This document shows, piece by piece, positions 1-10,327 of a DNA stretch of 64,000 nt. This DNA comes from Nitrosopumilus sp. (GTDB taxonomy: Archaea; Thermoproteota; Nitrososphaeria; Nitrososphaerales; Nitrosopumilaceae). The notes under the pieces were generated by a model. The model was not told the origin of the DNA. It ran no database searches and saw nothing but the letters and a program-made list of their open reading frames with translations. Each line of letters begins with the position of its first letter. Position 1 is the first letter of the stretch. Location: assembly GCA_965197525.1 (NCBI GenBank), contig OZ240211.1:128001-192000 (forward strand). The letters run 5' to 3'. The position numbers and the translations under genes are program-made.

Positions 1-1
1 A

Positions 2-370
2 AACCAACTCTTTGATGCAGTGCGCGATTTTATAGGCGATAGAGAACATGACCCAAAAGGTAGTGATTCTTCTACCAAAAATTCTCCAATAATCTTAAAG
101 ACATCTGTAAAAAAGAGTACAGGTATTGCAGCGTTTGCAAGGACTTTACATGATGCCATGATCGATATGGCATCTGATGCTTCTCGCAGGCATACCCAAA
201 AACTCGAAGCAGAGCTAAAAGATATCGTTTTAAATAACGTCAAGCAGAAAGTTGATGAGATGCTCATTTCTGATAAAACATTCTCAAGATATCTGACAAA
301 ATTACAATCAGGACGTATTGATCCGTTTGTAGCGGGAGATAAAATTACAAAGAAGCTTTTGGAGAGTTGA
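2..370 (+). CDS. meaB: C-terminal part of methylmalonyl-CoA mutase-associated GTPase (MeaB/ArgK-like), 5' truncated by window edge
   Basis: Frame is open from base 2. IILKTS..K.TGI motif and helical tail resemble the MeaB C-terminus. Lies directly upstream of the mutase. Confidence 0.65.
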   Translation, partial: NQLFDAVRDFIGDREHDPKGSDSSTKNSPIILKTSVKKSTGIAAFARTLHDAMIDMASDASRRHTQKLEAELKDIVLNNVKQKVDEMLISDKTFSRYLTKLQSGRIDPFVAGDKITKKLLES

Positions 371-374
371 TGAT

Positions 375-1970
375 ATGGCAAGTAGCAAAAAACCTGAAAA
401 TGACAAGGCCATCTACACTGACTCTAACTTTGCAGTAAAACGCATATATCAAAAGTCTAAAAAAACCGCACCAGCAAAAGAAGATGCAGGGCGATATCCG
501 TATACTCGGGGTATTCATCCCGGAATGTTCCGTGAACGGTTCTGGACTATGAGGCAGTACTCTGGATTCGGAGATGCAAAGCTAACCAATCAGCGATTCA
601 AGTTCATGCTAGAGAAGGGTCAGACGGGTCTTAGCATGGCATTTGACTTGCCTACTCAAATTGGATATGATTCTGACTCCCCTCAAGCAGAAGGCGAGGT
701 GGGAAAAGTTGGTGTCTCTATTACATCCATCAAAGATATGATGACTGCCTTTGATGGCATACCATTAGGCAAGGTGAGTTCATCGATGACTATCAACTCC
801 ACTGCGTCCACGCTGCTTGCATATTATATTGCAGTAGGTGAGTCACAAGGATTCAAAAGTGGAGAACTGCGCGGAACTACCCAGAACGATATTCTCAAAG
901 AGTATATTGCCAGAAATACATACATCTATCCTCCTCAACCATCCATGAGGTTAATTGGAGATATGATAGAATACTGTGCCCAAAACGTTCCATCATGGTA
1001 CCCTGTATCCATATCCGGCTATCATATGAGAGAAGCTGGTTGTACTGCTGTACAAGAGATTGCCTTTACACTTGCCAATGCTATTGCGTATATTCAGACA
1101 TGTCTTGATAAGGGTTTACATATAGATGATTTTGCCCCTCGTCTGTCATTCTTTTTTTGCTGTACGATAGAGTTTTTCGAAGAAGTTGCAAAGTTTAGAG
1201 TTGCAAGAAAAGTCTATGCTAAAATATTAAAAGAGATGTTTCATGCAAAGAATCCACGTTCCATGCAGCTCAAATTTCATACTCAGACCAGCGGTGAATC
1301 CCTAACTGCACAACAACCAAATAACAATATCGTTCGAGTTGCCATACAAACTATGGCAGCCGTAGCAGGCGGCACACAATCTCTGCATACTAATTCTAGA
1401 GATGAGGCTTTGGCACTACCAACCCAGGAATCTGCAAAGATTGCCCTTAGAACCCAGCAGATAGTGGCACACGAGAGCGGAATTACAAAGACTGCAGATC
1501 CATTGGCAGGCTCGTATTACCTCGAAGAATTGTGCGACAAGATTGAGGATGGCGTATGGAAGTATCTTAAAAAAATCCAAAAGATGGGAGGTTCAGTCAA
1601 GGCAATAGAGAAGGGGTTCTTTCAGTCTGAGATTCGAGCAAACGCGTATCGTCTTAAAAAGGAGACAGACGATGAACAGCGAATTATTGTAGGAGTCAAC
1701 AAGTACGCCGAACAAGAGGAGCAGCCTGATCTGCTACGAATTGATGACAGGATTGAGATCCAGCAAAATAAGGCGCTAAAAAAATTACGCAAGACGCGTG
1801 ATAATAAAAAATGCAGTGACGCATTGTCTGCATTATGCAGTGCAGCTGATACTGATGAGAATTTAATGCCTTTTATCGTCACTGCAGCTAAAGCGTACGC
1901 CACTACTGGTGAGATTAGCAATACTTTTAGAACGGTGTTCGGAGAGTATCGTCCAAAGGAGGTATTTTAG
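375..1970 (+). CDS. mcmA: Methylmalonyl-CoA mutase, large (substrate-binding) subunit
   Basis: YPYTRGIH, WTMRQYSGFG, LSMAFDLPTQ, GTTQNDILKEY, SISGYHMREAG and SLHTNSRDEAL motifs. Confidence 0.95.
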   Translation: MASSKKPENDKAIYTDSNFAVKRIYQKSKKTAPAKEDAGRYPYTRGIHPGMFRERFWTMRQYSGFGDAKLTNQRFKFMLEKGQTGLSMAFDLPTQIGYDSDSPQAEGEVGKVGVSITSIKDMMTAFDGIPLGKVSSSMTINSTASTLLAYYIAVGESQGFKSGELRGTTQNDILKEYIARNTYIYPPQPSMRLIGDMIEYCAQNVPSWYPVSISGYHMREAGCTAVQEIAFTLANAIAYIQTCLDKGLHIDDFAPRLSFFFCCTIEFFEEVAKFRVARKVYAKILKEMFHAKNPRSMQLKFHTQTSGESLTAQQPNNNIVRVAIQTMAAVAGGTQSLHTNSRDEALALPTQESAKIALRTQQIVAHESGITKTADPLAGSYYLEELCDKIEDGVWKYLKKIQKMGGSVKAIEKGFFQSEIRANAYRLKKETDDEQRIIVGVNKYAEQEEQPDLLRIDDRIEIQQNKALKKLRKTRDNKKCSDALSALCSAADTDENLMPFIVTAAKAYATTGEISNTFRTVFGEYRPKEVF

Positions 1971-2369
1971 ATGAAGATTGATCACGTTGCCATTGCAGTA
2001 CATGACCTTGATAGCTCAACTGCTACCTACAAAAAGGCTCTTAACGTTGATGACATCGAGTTTGAGACTGTTGAATCTGAAGGTGTACGAGTTGCCATAA
2101 TCCATTTGGAGAACTCTCGAGTGGAGTTAATGCAACCGACAAACGATTCTAGCCCGATTAAAAAATTTCTAGATAAAAGGGGTCAAGGATTACATCACAT
2201 AGCTTTTGAGACTGACGATATACACAGTGAAGTACAACGTATGAATGGTTGCGGAATACAATTTTTAGGTAAGGTTAGACCCGGTTCTGCCGGAACCATG
2301 GTTACCTTTATTCATCCTCGCTCTCTTGAGGGTGTTTTAGCAGAACTTTGTAGCCATCCTAAAACGTAA
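1971..2369 (+). CDS. mce: Methylmalonyl-CoA epimerase (VOC family)
   Basis: KIDHVAIAV, GQGLHHIAF and FIHPRSLEGVLAEL motifs; abuts the mutase gene. Confidence 0.92.
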   Translation: MKIDHVAIAVHDLDSSTATYKKALNVDDIEFETVESEGVRVAIIHLENSRVELMQPTNDSSPIKKFLDKRGQGLHHIAFETDDIHSEVQRMNGCGIQFLGKVRPGSAGTMVTFIHPRSLEGVLAELCSHPKT

Positions 2370-2936
2370 TTATGTCATCATCATCATCTTTAGCGTGTCA
2401 GATGCTGTAATGATTCCGATAACTTCTGATTTTTTTGAGACTAGAATGCACTTTGAATATCTAATTAACGGAACAAGGACGTTAGCTGGCGTATCTACAT
2501 CAACTATTGGTGGAGTAGGCTCCATGGTGTCTGCAAGTTTTGCTCGCTTTAGTTCTGCTTCTCCATAATCTGCCAAGTGTCTGACTATTCCGTCTTCTGA
2601 TATTATTCCTACAGCATCAGCACCATCAAAGATTGGAATTTGGCTGATTGACGACTGGTGCATCTTTTTGATTGCATCATCAAGCGTGTTTGTAGGTTCT
2701 AACTTTATGATCTTTTTACTACAAAAATCTCCTGCAGAGTGAGACGACGACGACTCGTTTTCTATCTTTGCAAGACTCTCAAATATTTTCTTGGCAGTCT
2801 CATAACTTGGTTTGCTTCTGCCCGATTCTATCTGGTTTATCATGGATGTACTTACCCCTGTTATTGAAGCTAGTCTTTTTTGGGTAATGCCAACCCTTTG
2901 TCTAATTTGTTTTATGGAATCTATCCGAGGTAACAT
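2370..2936 (-). CDS. XRE-type HTH plus CBS-domain transcriptional regulator
   Basis: N-terminal HTH (GITQKRLASITGVSTSMINQIESG) followed by a CBS pair (SQIPIFD, GIITASD). Confidence 0.88.
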   Translation of the reverse strand: MLPRIDSIKQIRQRVGITQKRLASITGVSTSMINQIESGRSKPSYETAKKIFESLAKIENESSSSHSAGDFCSKKIIKLEPTNTLDDAIKKMHQSSISQIPIFDGADAVGIISEDGIVRHLADYGEAELKRAKLADTMEPTPPIVDVDTPANVLVPLIRYSKCILVSKKSEVIGIITASDTLKMMMMT

Positions 2937-3273
2937 TGTATCCCTTGAATTCTTTGATATATCTTCATTTTCATTAATAAATTGGGTACCTAGTATTTTT
3001 ATTCATGTTTTATACAGGCAAGTATCGAACTTTAGATCTTTTTGACAAATATTGTGTAAAACGTTTTGTACAACTTTACCCCGTTGACGATGTTATGCCA
3101 CAAATCGGTATGGATATAACAGAAGTTCAAAAAAATTCAAGAGATGCGATGATGTCACAGCACCTTGTATACATTTAAAAAATTTCATATATGTCGTTCT
3201 CTGGGCCAAAGAGCGTTAGGTGATCTATCATACAATCACGTAAATTCTTTATGTGTCATTGAGTACTTGCGTG

Positions 3274-3573
3274 TCAAATGTTGATGTTGTTAATTTTATT
3301 CATTATATCTTGACCTTTCTTACTCGCATTGTATACGGTTCTTATAGGTCTGACGTCGACCATCACATGTCTTTCTAGCAATCCAAATGATACCATCCAG
3401 TTCAGCATAATGGTTACTGATGCCCGACTGTGTACAATTTTGTTTTTCCAAGCGTAGTTCTGTATTTCATTATAATATACTCCATCACTATTCATCACAT
3501 ATTCGAAAATATCATAAAATCCCTTTTTTGCCATACTATGCATAAATTCTATTAGTTTTTTTCTATTATTCAT
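3274..3573 (-). CDS. Small winged-helix (HxlR-like) DNA-binding protein
   Basis: 99 aa; helix VTIMLNWMVSFGLLER followed by wing RPIRTVYNASKKG. Confidence 0.55.
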   Translation of the reverse strand: MNNRKKLIEFMHSMAKKGFYDIFEYVMNSDGVYYNEIQNYAWKNKIVHSRASVTIMLNWMVSFGLLERHVMVDVRPIRTVYNASKKGQDIMNKINNINI

Positions 3574-3856
3574 TACACATATACATTATAATCACTACAA
3601 AAATCGTAAGCACGTAAATATTACTCTAAGACTATTCATACTAGTCTTTATACAACATACGGATTTTTTACACTATACGTGCATTATTTTTAAAATTTTG
3701 TTCAAATCCTATAAATCTAAGATAAAATTAAATATTTATTAGAATTATTCAATATGCTTATCTATACTATTTCAGAGAGTTATTTCACAACGATTTGGAA
3801 AAATAAAACAACATACAGATATTTTTCTAAAACTGTAAATTTTTTGTCAATTACAG

Positions 3857-6526
3857 TTATTTTCTTGGTTGTTTTATTGCCGCTTGAGCAGCTGCTACTA
3901 GTGCAATGGGAATTCTGTGTGGCGATGCACTCACATAATTTAATCCTGTCTCGTGGCAAAATCTTATCGAGTTTGGATCTCCTCCGTGTTCTCCGCAGAT
4001 TCCAACCTCTATGTCCGGTCTGACTCTGCGCCCGTTTGCAATGCCGATCTTTATTAGATTTCCGACGCCTTTTACATCAATTGTCTGGAATGGATTTCTC
4101 TCCAGCAGCTCTTTTTCAAGATATTCTGGGAGGAATTTTCCTTCTACATCTTCTCTGCTGAAACTAAATGTTCCTTGTGTCAAATCATTGGTGCCAAAAC
4201 TAAAGAATTCTGCTATGCTTGCTAGTTCATCAGCAGTCAAAGCTGCCCTTACTACCTCTATCATCGTTCCAAATTTTACTGGCAGCTCCATTTTGTATTT
4301 TGCCTCTTTCTCTTCTTTTATCCTGTCAAATATCTTTTTGATGTGGTTTAACTCTGCAATGCTGCTAATTTGTGGGATCATGATCTGCGGATATGCGTTG
4401 ATTCTTCTCTTATTTAGCATCGCTAGTGCCTCAAAGACTGCCTGAATCTGCATCTCGTATATCTCAGGATACGTTATACCTACTCTGACTCCTCTATGCC
4501 CCATCATGGGGTTTACCTCTGCTAACTCCCTTGCTCTCTTTAGAACTATATTTGCTTGGACTATCTCTTTTTTCGTCTTTAGTTTGTGAATCTTTTCTGC
4601 CATCTCTTCTGGATTTGGCAGAAATTCGTGCAGTGGAGGATCAAGCAGTCTTATGGTGACATCATACCCATTCATTGCCTTGAGAATCTCTACAAAGTCG
4701 CTTTTTTGTAATTTGCCTAATTTCTGTAAAATCTTATTACGATCATCAATGTTTTCTGCCATTATCATGTCTACAAACAGGTTTATTCTATCTGCTCCAT
4801 TGAACATTCTCTCTGTTCTGCATAGACCAATTCCTTGACCTCCAAACTTTCTGCCTAGTCTTGCTCCTTCTGGAGTATCTGCATTTGCTCTAATCCCAAT
4901 ATTTTTTGCTTCTTGAGCCCATTGCAAGATCTGCTTGAAATCTGCTGTGACTTTGGGTTCTATAGTTGGAATCTCTCCTAAATACACATTACCTGAACTA
5001 CCATCAATAGTTATTGCATCCCCCTCTTTGATTGTCTTGCTACCAACACTGCACTGTTTATTATTATTATTATCTATCTTTAGGTCAGAGCACCCTACAA
5101 TACATGGCTTTCCCATTCCTCTTGCGACCACTGCAGCATGTGATGTCTTTCCCCCTCTACTAGTCAGTATTCCTACCGATTCAAAGAACGCTGGAACGTC
5201 TTCAGGTTTTGTCTCTTCTCTAATTAAAATAACTTTCTTGCCTTTCTCTCCCATGACTACTGCTCTTTTAACATCAAATACTGCAATTCCGCTTGCAGCC
5301 CCCGGTGATGCTGCAATACCTTTTACTATCTGTGTATAGTTTGCGATCTCTTTTGGATCAATGGTTTTGTGTAATAACTGTTCTAACTGTTCAGGATTCA
5401 GTCTGGTTAACGATGCATCTTTGTCTATTAATCCTTCTTTGACCATATTTACTGATGTTTTTACCATTGCAGCAGCATTCATCTTTGCATTTCTTGTTTG
5501 CAATAAATAGAATCGTCCTTGTTCTATCGTAAACTCAATATCCTGTGCTTCTTTGTAATGCATTTCTAGTTTTTTACATGTGTTTACAAGCTGTTTGTAT
5601 GATCTAGGTAGATCCTTTTTCATTTGTTCCACTTGGTTTCCAGTTCTGACTCCTGCAACTACATCTTCTCCTTGTGCATTTATTAGATATTCACCATACA
5701 TTTTTCGTAGTCCGTTACCTGGATTTCTTGTAAATACAACACCGGTTGCAGAGTCATCTCCCATATTTCCAAATACCATTGCTACAATGTTCACTGCCGT
5801 ACCGTCTGCAATATCTCGCGTAATGTTGTTTCTCTCTCTGTATATTGTTGCTCTCTTGCCCATCCAACTACTAAAGACTGCTTTGATTGCAAGCTCTACT
5901 TGCTGTGTTGGGTCATCTGGAAATGTTGTGCCCGTATGCTTTTGACAGATTTGTTTGTACTGTTTTACGACTGATCTTAGTGACTCTTCATTTAGCTTAC
6001 TATCTAACTCTACATTCTGCGCTTTTTTTACTGCCTCTAAGACCGTATCAAACTCTTTATCATCTACACCAAACGCAACCTTTCCAAACAGCTGGATGAA
6101 TCTTCTGTACGAATCCCATGCAAATCTGGAATTTCCGCTCTTGTTTGCTAGTCCGACTACTGTTTTATCATTTAATCCTAAATTTAGGACAGTGTCCATC
6201 ATACCCGGCATGGATATTGCAGCTCCTGATCTGACTGATACCAGCAAAGGGTTCGAATCAGAGTTCCATATCTTGCCTGTCTTTTTTTCTATCTTTGCAA
6301 TATTTTTTTTCACATCTGCCATGAGAGTTTTTGGCAGCGTCCTGTTATTCTCATAGTATTTTTTACAAACCTGTGTGGTGATGGTAAATCCTGGAGGCAC
6401 TGGCAATTCTAATCTGGTCATCTCACACAGTCCTGCGCCCTTTCCTCCTAGTAGTTTTTTGTTTTTACCGTCCCCTTCATCATAAAAATAGATCTGTTTC
6501 ATTTTTTTTATGATAATCAAATTCAA
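3857..6526 (-). CDS. ppdK: Pyruvate, phosphate dikinase
   Basis: LLGGKGAGLCEM, PLLVSVRSGAAISMPGMMDT, GGKTSHAAVVARG (phospho-His), SFGTNDLTQ and GICGEHGGDP motifs. True start may be the later MKQIY codon. Confidence 0.96.
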   Translation of the reverse strand: MNLIIIKKMKQIYFYDEGDGKNKKLLGGKGAGLCEMTRLELPVPPGFTITTQVCKKYYENNRTLPKTLMADVKKNIAKIEKKTGKIWNSDSNPLLVSVRSGAAISMPGMMDTVLNLGLNDKTVVGLANKSGNSRFAWDSYRRFIQLFGKVAFGVDDKEFDTVLEAVKKAQNVELDSKLNEESLRSVVKQYKQICQKHTGTTFPDDPTQQVELAIKAVFSSWMGKRATIYRERNNITRDIADGTAVNIVAMVFGNMGDDSATGVVFTRNPGNGLRKMYGEYLINAQGEDVVAGVRTGNQVEQMKKDLPRSYKQLVNTCKKLEMHYKEAQDIEFTIEQGRFYLLQTRNAKMNAAAMVKTSVNMVKEGLIDKDASLTRLNPEQLEQLLHKTIDPKEIANYTQIVKGIAASPGAASGIAVFDVKRAVVMGEKGKKVILIREETKPEDVPAFFESVGILTSRGGKTSHAAVVARGMGKPCIVGCSDLKIDNNNNKQCSVGSKTIKEGDAITIDGSSGNVYLGEIPTIEPKVTADFKQILQWAQEAKNIGIRANADTPEGARLGRKFGGQGIGLCRTERMFNGADRINLFVDMIMAENIDDRNKILQKLGKLQKSDFVEILKAMNGYDVTIRLLDPPLHEFLPNPEEMAEKIHKLKTKKEIVQANIVLKRARELAEVNPMMGHRGVRVGITYPEIYEMQIQAVFEALAMLNKRRINAYPQIMIPQISSIAELNHIKKIFDRIKEEKEAKYKMELPVKFGTMIEVVRAALTADELASIAEFFSFGTNDLTQGTFSFSREDVEGKFLPEYLEKELLERNPFQTIDVKGVGNLIKIGIANGRRVRPDIEVGICGEHGGDPNSIRFCHETGLNYVSASPHRIPIALVAAAQAAIKQPRK

Positions 6527-6573
6527 AAAGGGGGTATTAAACCATTAACTCTAATATTGTATTCCTCTTGACT

Positions 6574-7240
6574 GGCATCGTCCAAATCTTAGTTTTTCAA
6601 GCCTATTGAACGTCATTTTATCTACACTTTATTGTTTTTGACTTCCTGCATGCTGCAGAATTTTCTTGTGGTAGGGTATGATGAGGTGTGTCTTGCACCA
6701 AGACGTTGCATGATTGTACAGCATGCGGTAGGCACACAACACGTGTTTTTTGTGTCTCTCCACTATGACAGCAGGTTGTATCCGATGCACCTGAGGAACA
6801 CTGCAGTCTTTGCGTTGTCTTCTTCTTCTTCTTCTTCTTTGCACGAACAATCGCAGTAAACCTGTACTTGAATGATGAGAACACTGATTCTACTATGCTG
6901 CACCGGCGGTACGTATCTTCAAACTCTTCGGGATTCTTTTCCAGTTACCTGAGTGTCTCCGCCATTGGATCGAATCCCTTTGCTATGCAGTCTTTGCGGG
7001 TGCAGATCACAGATCTTCTGCTCGTATCACGGATCATCTTGCAGTTCTTATGCGCGTCATATCCTGAATCAAACATCACACATCCTGCACCATCGGGAAC
7101 CTTTTTGATCATCTTCTGGAACGCCTGCGAATCGTGCGCCCGTCTCTAGGTAACTGCACAGGATACGATCTTTCTCCCCTTACGTCGGAATTCCAGACGC
7201 AATTGCAGACAAGTCAATACCGTAAAATCTGTCGCCGCAC
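6574..7240 (-). pseudogene. IS5-family DDE transposase remnant (3' part) with right-end inverted repeat
   Basis: Minus strand reads MFDSGYDA...YRRCSIVESVFSSFKYRF with an internal stop, frameshifts and an (AAG)n expansion. GGCATCGTCCAAATCTT at 6574-6590 matches 15/17 the reverse complement of the end of the related copy at 35988-36004. Confidence 0.7.
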
Positions 7241-7244
7241 CGCG

Positions 7245-8156
7245 TCATATCTGAGACGCGGACACATCTAAAAAATCATAAAATGATCTTACAGTCATTA
7301 TCATGTCATCAAAATCGAACCTTTCTGCAAACGCTGTCTCCTCCAAACTTGCTCGCTTTTTGACATTCCCGTGCATCGTGTCAAGATGTCGCCTGCACTC
7401 GGCGGCATAGGAGGATGGCATTGATTTACGCTTGGCACACAACGTCTTGAATATGCCACGTGTCTTCCTCATGTCCGGCTTGCTGTATTTGAGTATCCTG
7501 AACGAGTCATACGCGTCAAAGTGATTCCTCTGCCTTCCGCTAGAACCTATCACGAAGAGTTTCGTGGCTAGCTGCTCCTCCAAGGAAAGATGGACAATTT
7601 TAGGAGGCTCCAGCCCTAGCATATCCAGATCAATAATCGTCTTAACATGCCCTAGCACGGGTCCTTCCAAAACGCGGCAGGTCTTACACACTTCAATCTT
7701 GGGACGTTCTACTATTGCGTGATATTTCCCCAACGAATCCCTGTATCCAATATCAATAAAGCACAGCCTAGAGCTGTCTTTGGTGATGCGGACGGGCGTC
7801 TTGCATCTCTTCGTCGCACCGTACTGCACCATATCACTTTTCAGGTTGCTCACGTCCCTGTATGTGAATCCCTCCTGCGTGTTGGGATCAAAATCGGCGT
7901 CAAACGAGAACCGGTGGTCTGCTAGGGGCACGGTACTCCTTACAGACAGTCCTCCCTTTAGGCTTAGCCTTTCCACGTAATATCCGTCCCTCATGTCGGC
8001 AACCGCGTACAGCATATCTAGGGCACATATTTCAGAAAGTATGAACGGTGCGAACTCTTTCCTTGCAAAGCGTTCGTGGTACTCGTCTTTTAGCATTGCA
8101 GTTGGATCATCAAGATTGATCAGCCTGTCATCTATGAAGAAGAAGACGCCATCCAT
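7245..8156 (-). CDS. AbiEii-like nucleotidyltransferase (putative type IV TA toxin)
   Basis: LSLKGGLSVR and HRFSFDADFD motifs; LATKLFVI and RNHFDAYD in the C-terminal half. ATG at 8156 lies 1 nt after the upstream stop, so the start is shortened from the track's 8225. Confidence 0.72.
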   Translation of the reverse strand: MDGVFFFIDDRLINLDDPTAMLKDEYHERFARKEFAPFILSEICALDMLYAVADMRDGYYVERLSLKGGLSVRSTVPLADHRFSFDADFDPNTQEGFTYRDVSNLKSDMVQYGATKRCKTPVRITKDSSRLCFIDIGYRDSLGKYHAIVERPKIEVCKTCRVLEGPVLGHVKTIIDLDMLGLEPPKIVHLSLEEQLATKLFVIGSSGRQRNHFDAYDSFRILKYSKPDMRKTRGIFKTLCAKRKSMPSSYAAECRRHLDTMHGNVKKRASLEETAFAERFDFDDMIMTVRSFYDFLDVSASQI

Positions 8157-8157
8157 C

Positions 8158-8928
8158 TTAACTACCGATCCATTGGGCTTCATTCCCATACACACCATCT
8201 GCTTTTTGCATTTGCTCTCCGTCATCAGATCTGACGGATACGCACTTTGGATATCTCTTAAAATATCGACTCTTTTTCACCATGGTCTCCATCAAATCAA
8301 GCAACGGCTCATACGTGAAGATGTGCATCTTTGCAGGACCCACTGGAGCTCCTGACTCGTAATGCAACAGGCGGCGCACGTGGGGACCTCCCACGTGCGA
8401 GGGAATCATGTTAAACAGCACAAAAGTGTCATCACTGGCGTCGATCCACACACTGACTGCCTCCAGATACTCTGCTAGCCACGTTCGGGCTGAGCTGTCT
8501 TCTGCTGTCGTTCCAGAACCGTCCTTCCTCACTAGGCCCACTCTCTCCATCATACTCAGCGCATCATATACTGCTTTCCTGCTGAAATGGCACCCCTTTG
8601 CCAAGTATGACACATTTCTGGATGGACCCATGGCTAACACCAAGAACAGGACGTACGGAACCTTGTATCCAAGCACGCTGATCTGTGCTGCATCCACGCG
8701 CAACGGCATTGATGCCACATGTAGGTTGGGTGGGTTTTCCACAAACATCCCGCGGTTGCCGATTATTCCTTCTTTCTTAATCTTTGATTTGATCCTGTAG
8801 AACTGCTTGCTGTATTTTGGATATCCGAGCCTCGTGCCCATGTCCGGTGGTTTTTTCTGGGCCAATAGATGCCTCATCTTGTATATCCTTCGAATGGTGT
8901 TGGCATATCTTATCTGTTCGTATAACAT
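8158..8928 (-). CDS. Winged-helix protein, putative AbiEi-like antitoxin/autorepressor
   Basis: wHTH segment SYLAKGCHFSRKAVYDALSMMERVGLVRK; coupled to the downstream nucleotidyltransferase. ATG at 8928 lies 24 nt from a TATA box. Confidence 0.55.
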   Translation of the reverse strand: MLYEQIRYANTIRRIYKMRHLLAQKKPPDMGTRLGYPKYSKQFYRIKSKIKKEGIIGNRGMFVENPPNLHVASMPLRVDAAQISVLGYKVPYVLFLVLAMGPSRNVSYLAKGCHFSRKAVYDALSMMERVGLVRKDGSGTTAEDSSARTWLAEYLEAVSVWIDASDDTFVLFNMIPSHVGGPHVRRLLHYESGAPVGPAKMHIFTYEPLLDLMETMVKKSRYFKRYPKCVSVRSDDGEQMQKADGVYGNEAQWIGS

Positions 8929-8939
8929 TTGTATAGTAA

Positions 8940-8971
8940 TTGTACTGAAGTTATATAAATATTCAGTACAA
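8940..8971 (-). promoter_or_regulatory. TATA box flanked by a perfect 10-bp inverted repeat (candidate operator)
   Basis: TTGTACTGAA (8940-8949) - 12-nt spacer containing TTTATATA on the minus strand - TTCAGTACAA (8962-8971). Confidence 0.7.
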
Positions 8972-9099
8972 AAATGATTCATTCGTACACTGCCCAGACA
9001 TGTAGCCAATCGACAACGAGTCTGAACGTATACCTTTTACTGTGGCATATCGTCCAAACTCGTTCCAGGTTTTCAAATCCAGAGTTAATGAACTTGGCT

Positions 9100-9571
9100 T
9101 ATTCTCTGTGTTATATGGAGTTGGGGTGGTACTGGACCGCCGCCGGATCATGCTAAAATTAAGATCAAGGCATATGTAGGATACGACAGCAGGGAGAATT
9201 TTCAGATATGCAAAGAGTACGGCATTACACCTATCATCAAGATAAGACGTAATGCAGAATACAAGGCAAAGGGGGTCAGTCGGGAACGTGGCATTGCAGT
9301 GCTTTACAAGCTAGGCGGCGGCACTACAAGCATTGTCAAATTACACGAGATGGACATCAAGGAACGTACGGAAAATCAGAACGAGTGGAAAAAACGTGCG
9401 GAGTACGGTTTCCGATGGCAGGTGGAGATATTCTTCTATGCGTTCAAGAGGATATTTGGAAGTTCGGTAAGGGCAAAAACAATGGATAACATTATTCAAA
9501 CGATAGCGTTGAAGATCTGGCGCTACAACCAGTTCGTAGAAATAACTCAGAGGATGATCTCAATGGTATGA
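9100..9571 (+). pseudogene. IS5/IS4-like DDE transposase C-terminal remnant
   Basis: Frame reads VGYDSRENFQICKEYGITPIIKIRRNA...EWKKRAEYGFRWQVEIFFYAFKRIFGSSVRAK; N-terminus is missing. Confidence 0.65.
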
Positions 9572-9619
9572 TGAAAGTGTGGGCTAGATGCTATACAATC
9601 GAGTCAGAACTATGGCAGG

Positions 9620-10303
9620 TTACGAAACAAACTCCATCGCTTCTGCAAACTCTGAGATTATCTTGTTCCAGTTATCAGCTTTTATGATTCCGCTTGCAAC
9701 AAGAATCCCCACAGAGCCTAACTCTCTGGCTTTTGCCACGTCTGCTCCTGAAATGATTCCTGCCCCGCAAAGTAGTTTTGACTTGCTTTTTGTATCCTTT
9801 AATATGGATGCTGCCCTGGCAATCAGTTCTGGCTTCTCCTTTGAGATTGCCCTTCCTGAACCAATCAGTTCTGGCGGCTCTATTGCAATATAGTCTGCAT
9901 CCAACTTGGCATATCTCTTGACCTCGGCAACGTTTTTGGCACACAGTACTGATATCATCTTTAACTCTCGTAATTTTGTGACTAGTCTTGGTATTGCGTC
10001 TTTTGGTACTCTGTGCTCACTGTGGTTAATTATGGAACCGTCCACCTTTGATCTCTTCAGCAGTTCTGGAATCACAAACCCCGTCGTACTGCCAGATGTC
10101 TTGTCATCAACGTGTTGAGCTAGAATGGGTATGGTTCTATTCATGTCTGCAACTAGTCCGACTAGATGCTGTGGCGGTACCACTGCAATCTTTACATTGT
10201 GATACCTTTGAGATACCTTTTCTGCGACTTTGACTAGTTTCTTTATCTTGCTGCCTGAAATCTCCTCATAGTTTTTACAGTTAATAATAAACACATCTTG
10301 CAC
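9620..10303 (-). CDS. tpiA: Triosephosphate isomerase, archaeal type
   Basis: IINCKNY, ILAQHVD, INHSEHR, IAIEPPELIGSG and LLCGAGI motifs. Confidence 0.93.
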   Translation of the reverse strand: MQDVFIINCKNYEEISGSKIKKLVKVAEKVSQRYHNVKIAVVPPQHLVGLVADMNRTIPILAQHVDDKTSGSTTGFVIPELLKRSKVDGSIINHSEHRVPKDAIPRLVTKLRELKMISVLCAKNVAEVKRYAKLDADYIAIEPPELIGSGRAISKEKPELIARAASILKDTKSKSKLLCGAGIISGADVAKARELGSVGILVASGIIKADNWNKIISEFAEAMEFVS

Positions 10304-10327
10304 CAGCCATACATTATATTTAATTCT

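Noticed and set aside
6574-9620. A composite transposon with matched ends around the AbiE-like pair
   Set aside because: The two flanking remnants look like different subfamilies. I found no paired outer TIR or TSD, and the GGCATATCGTCCAAA at 9044 is only a loose match.
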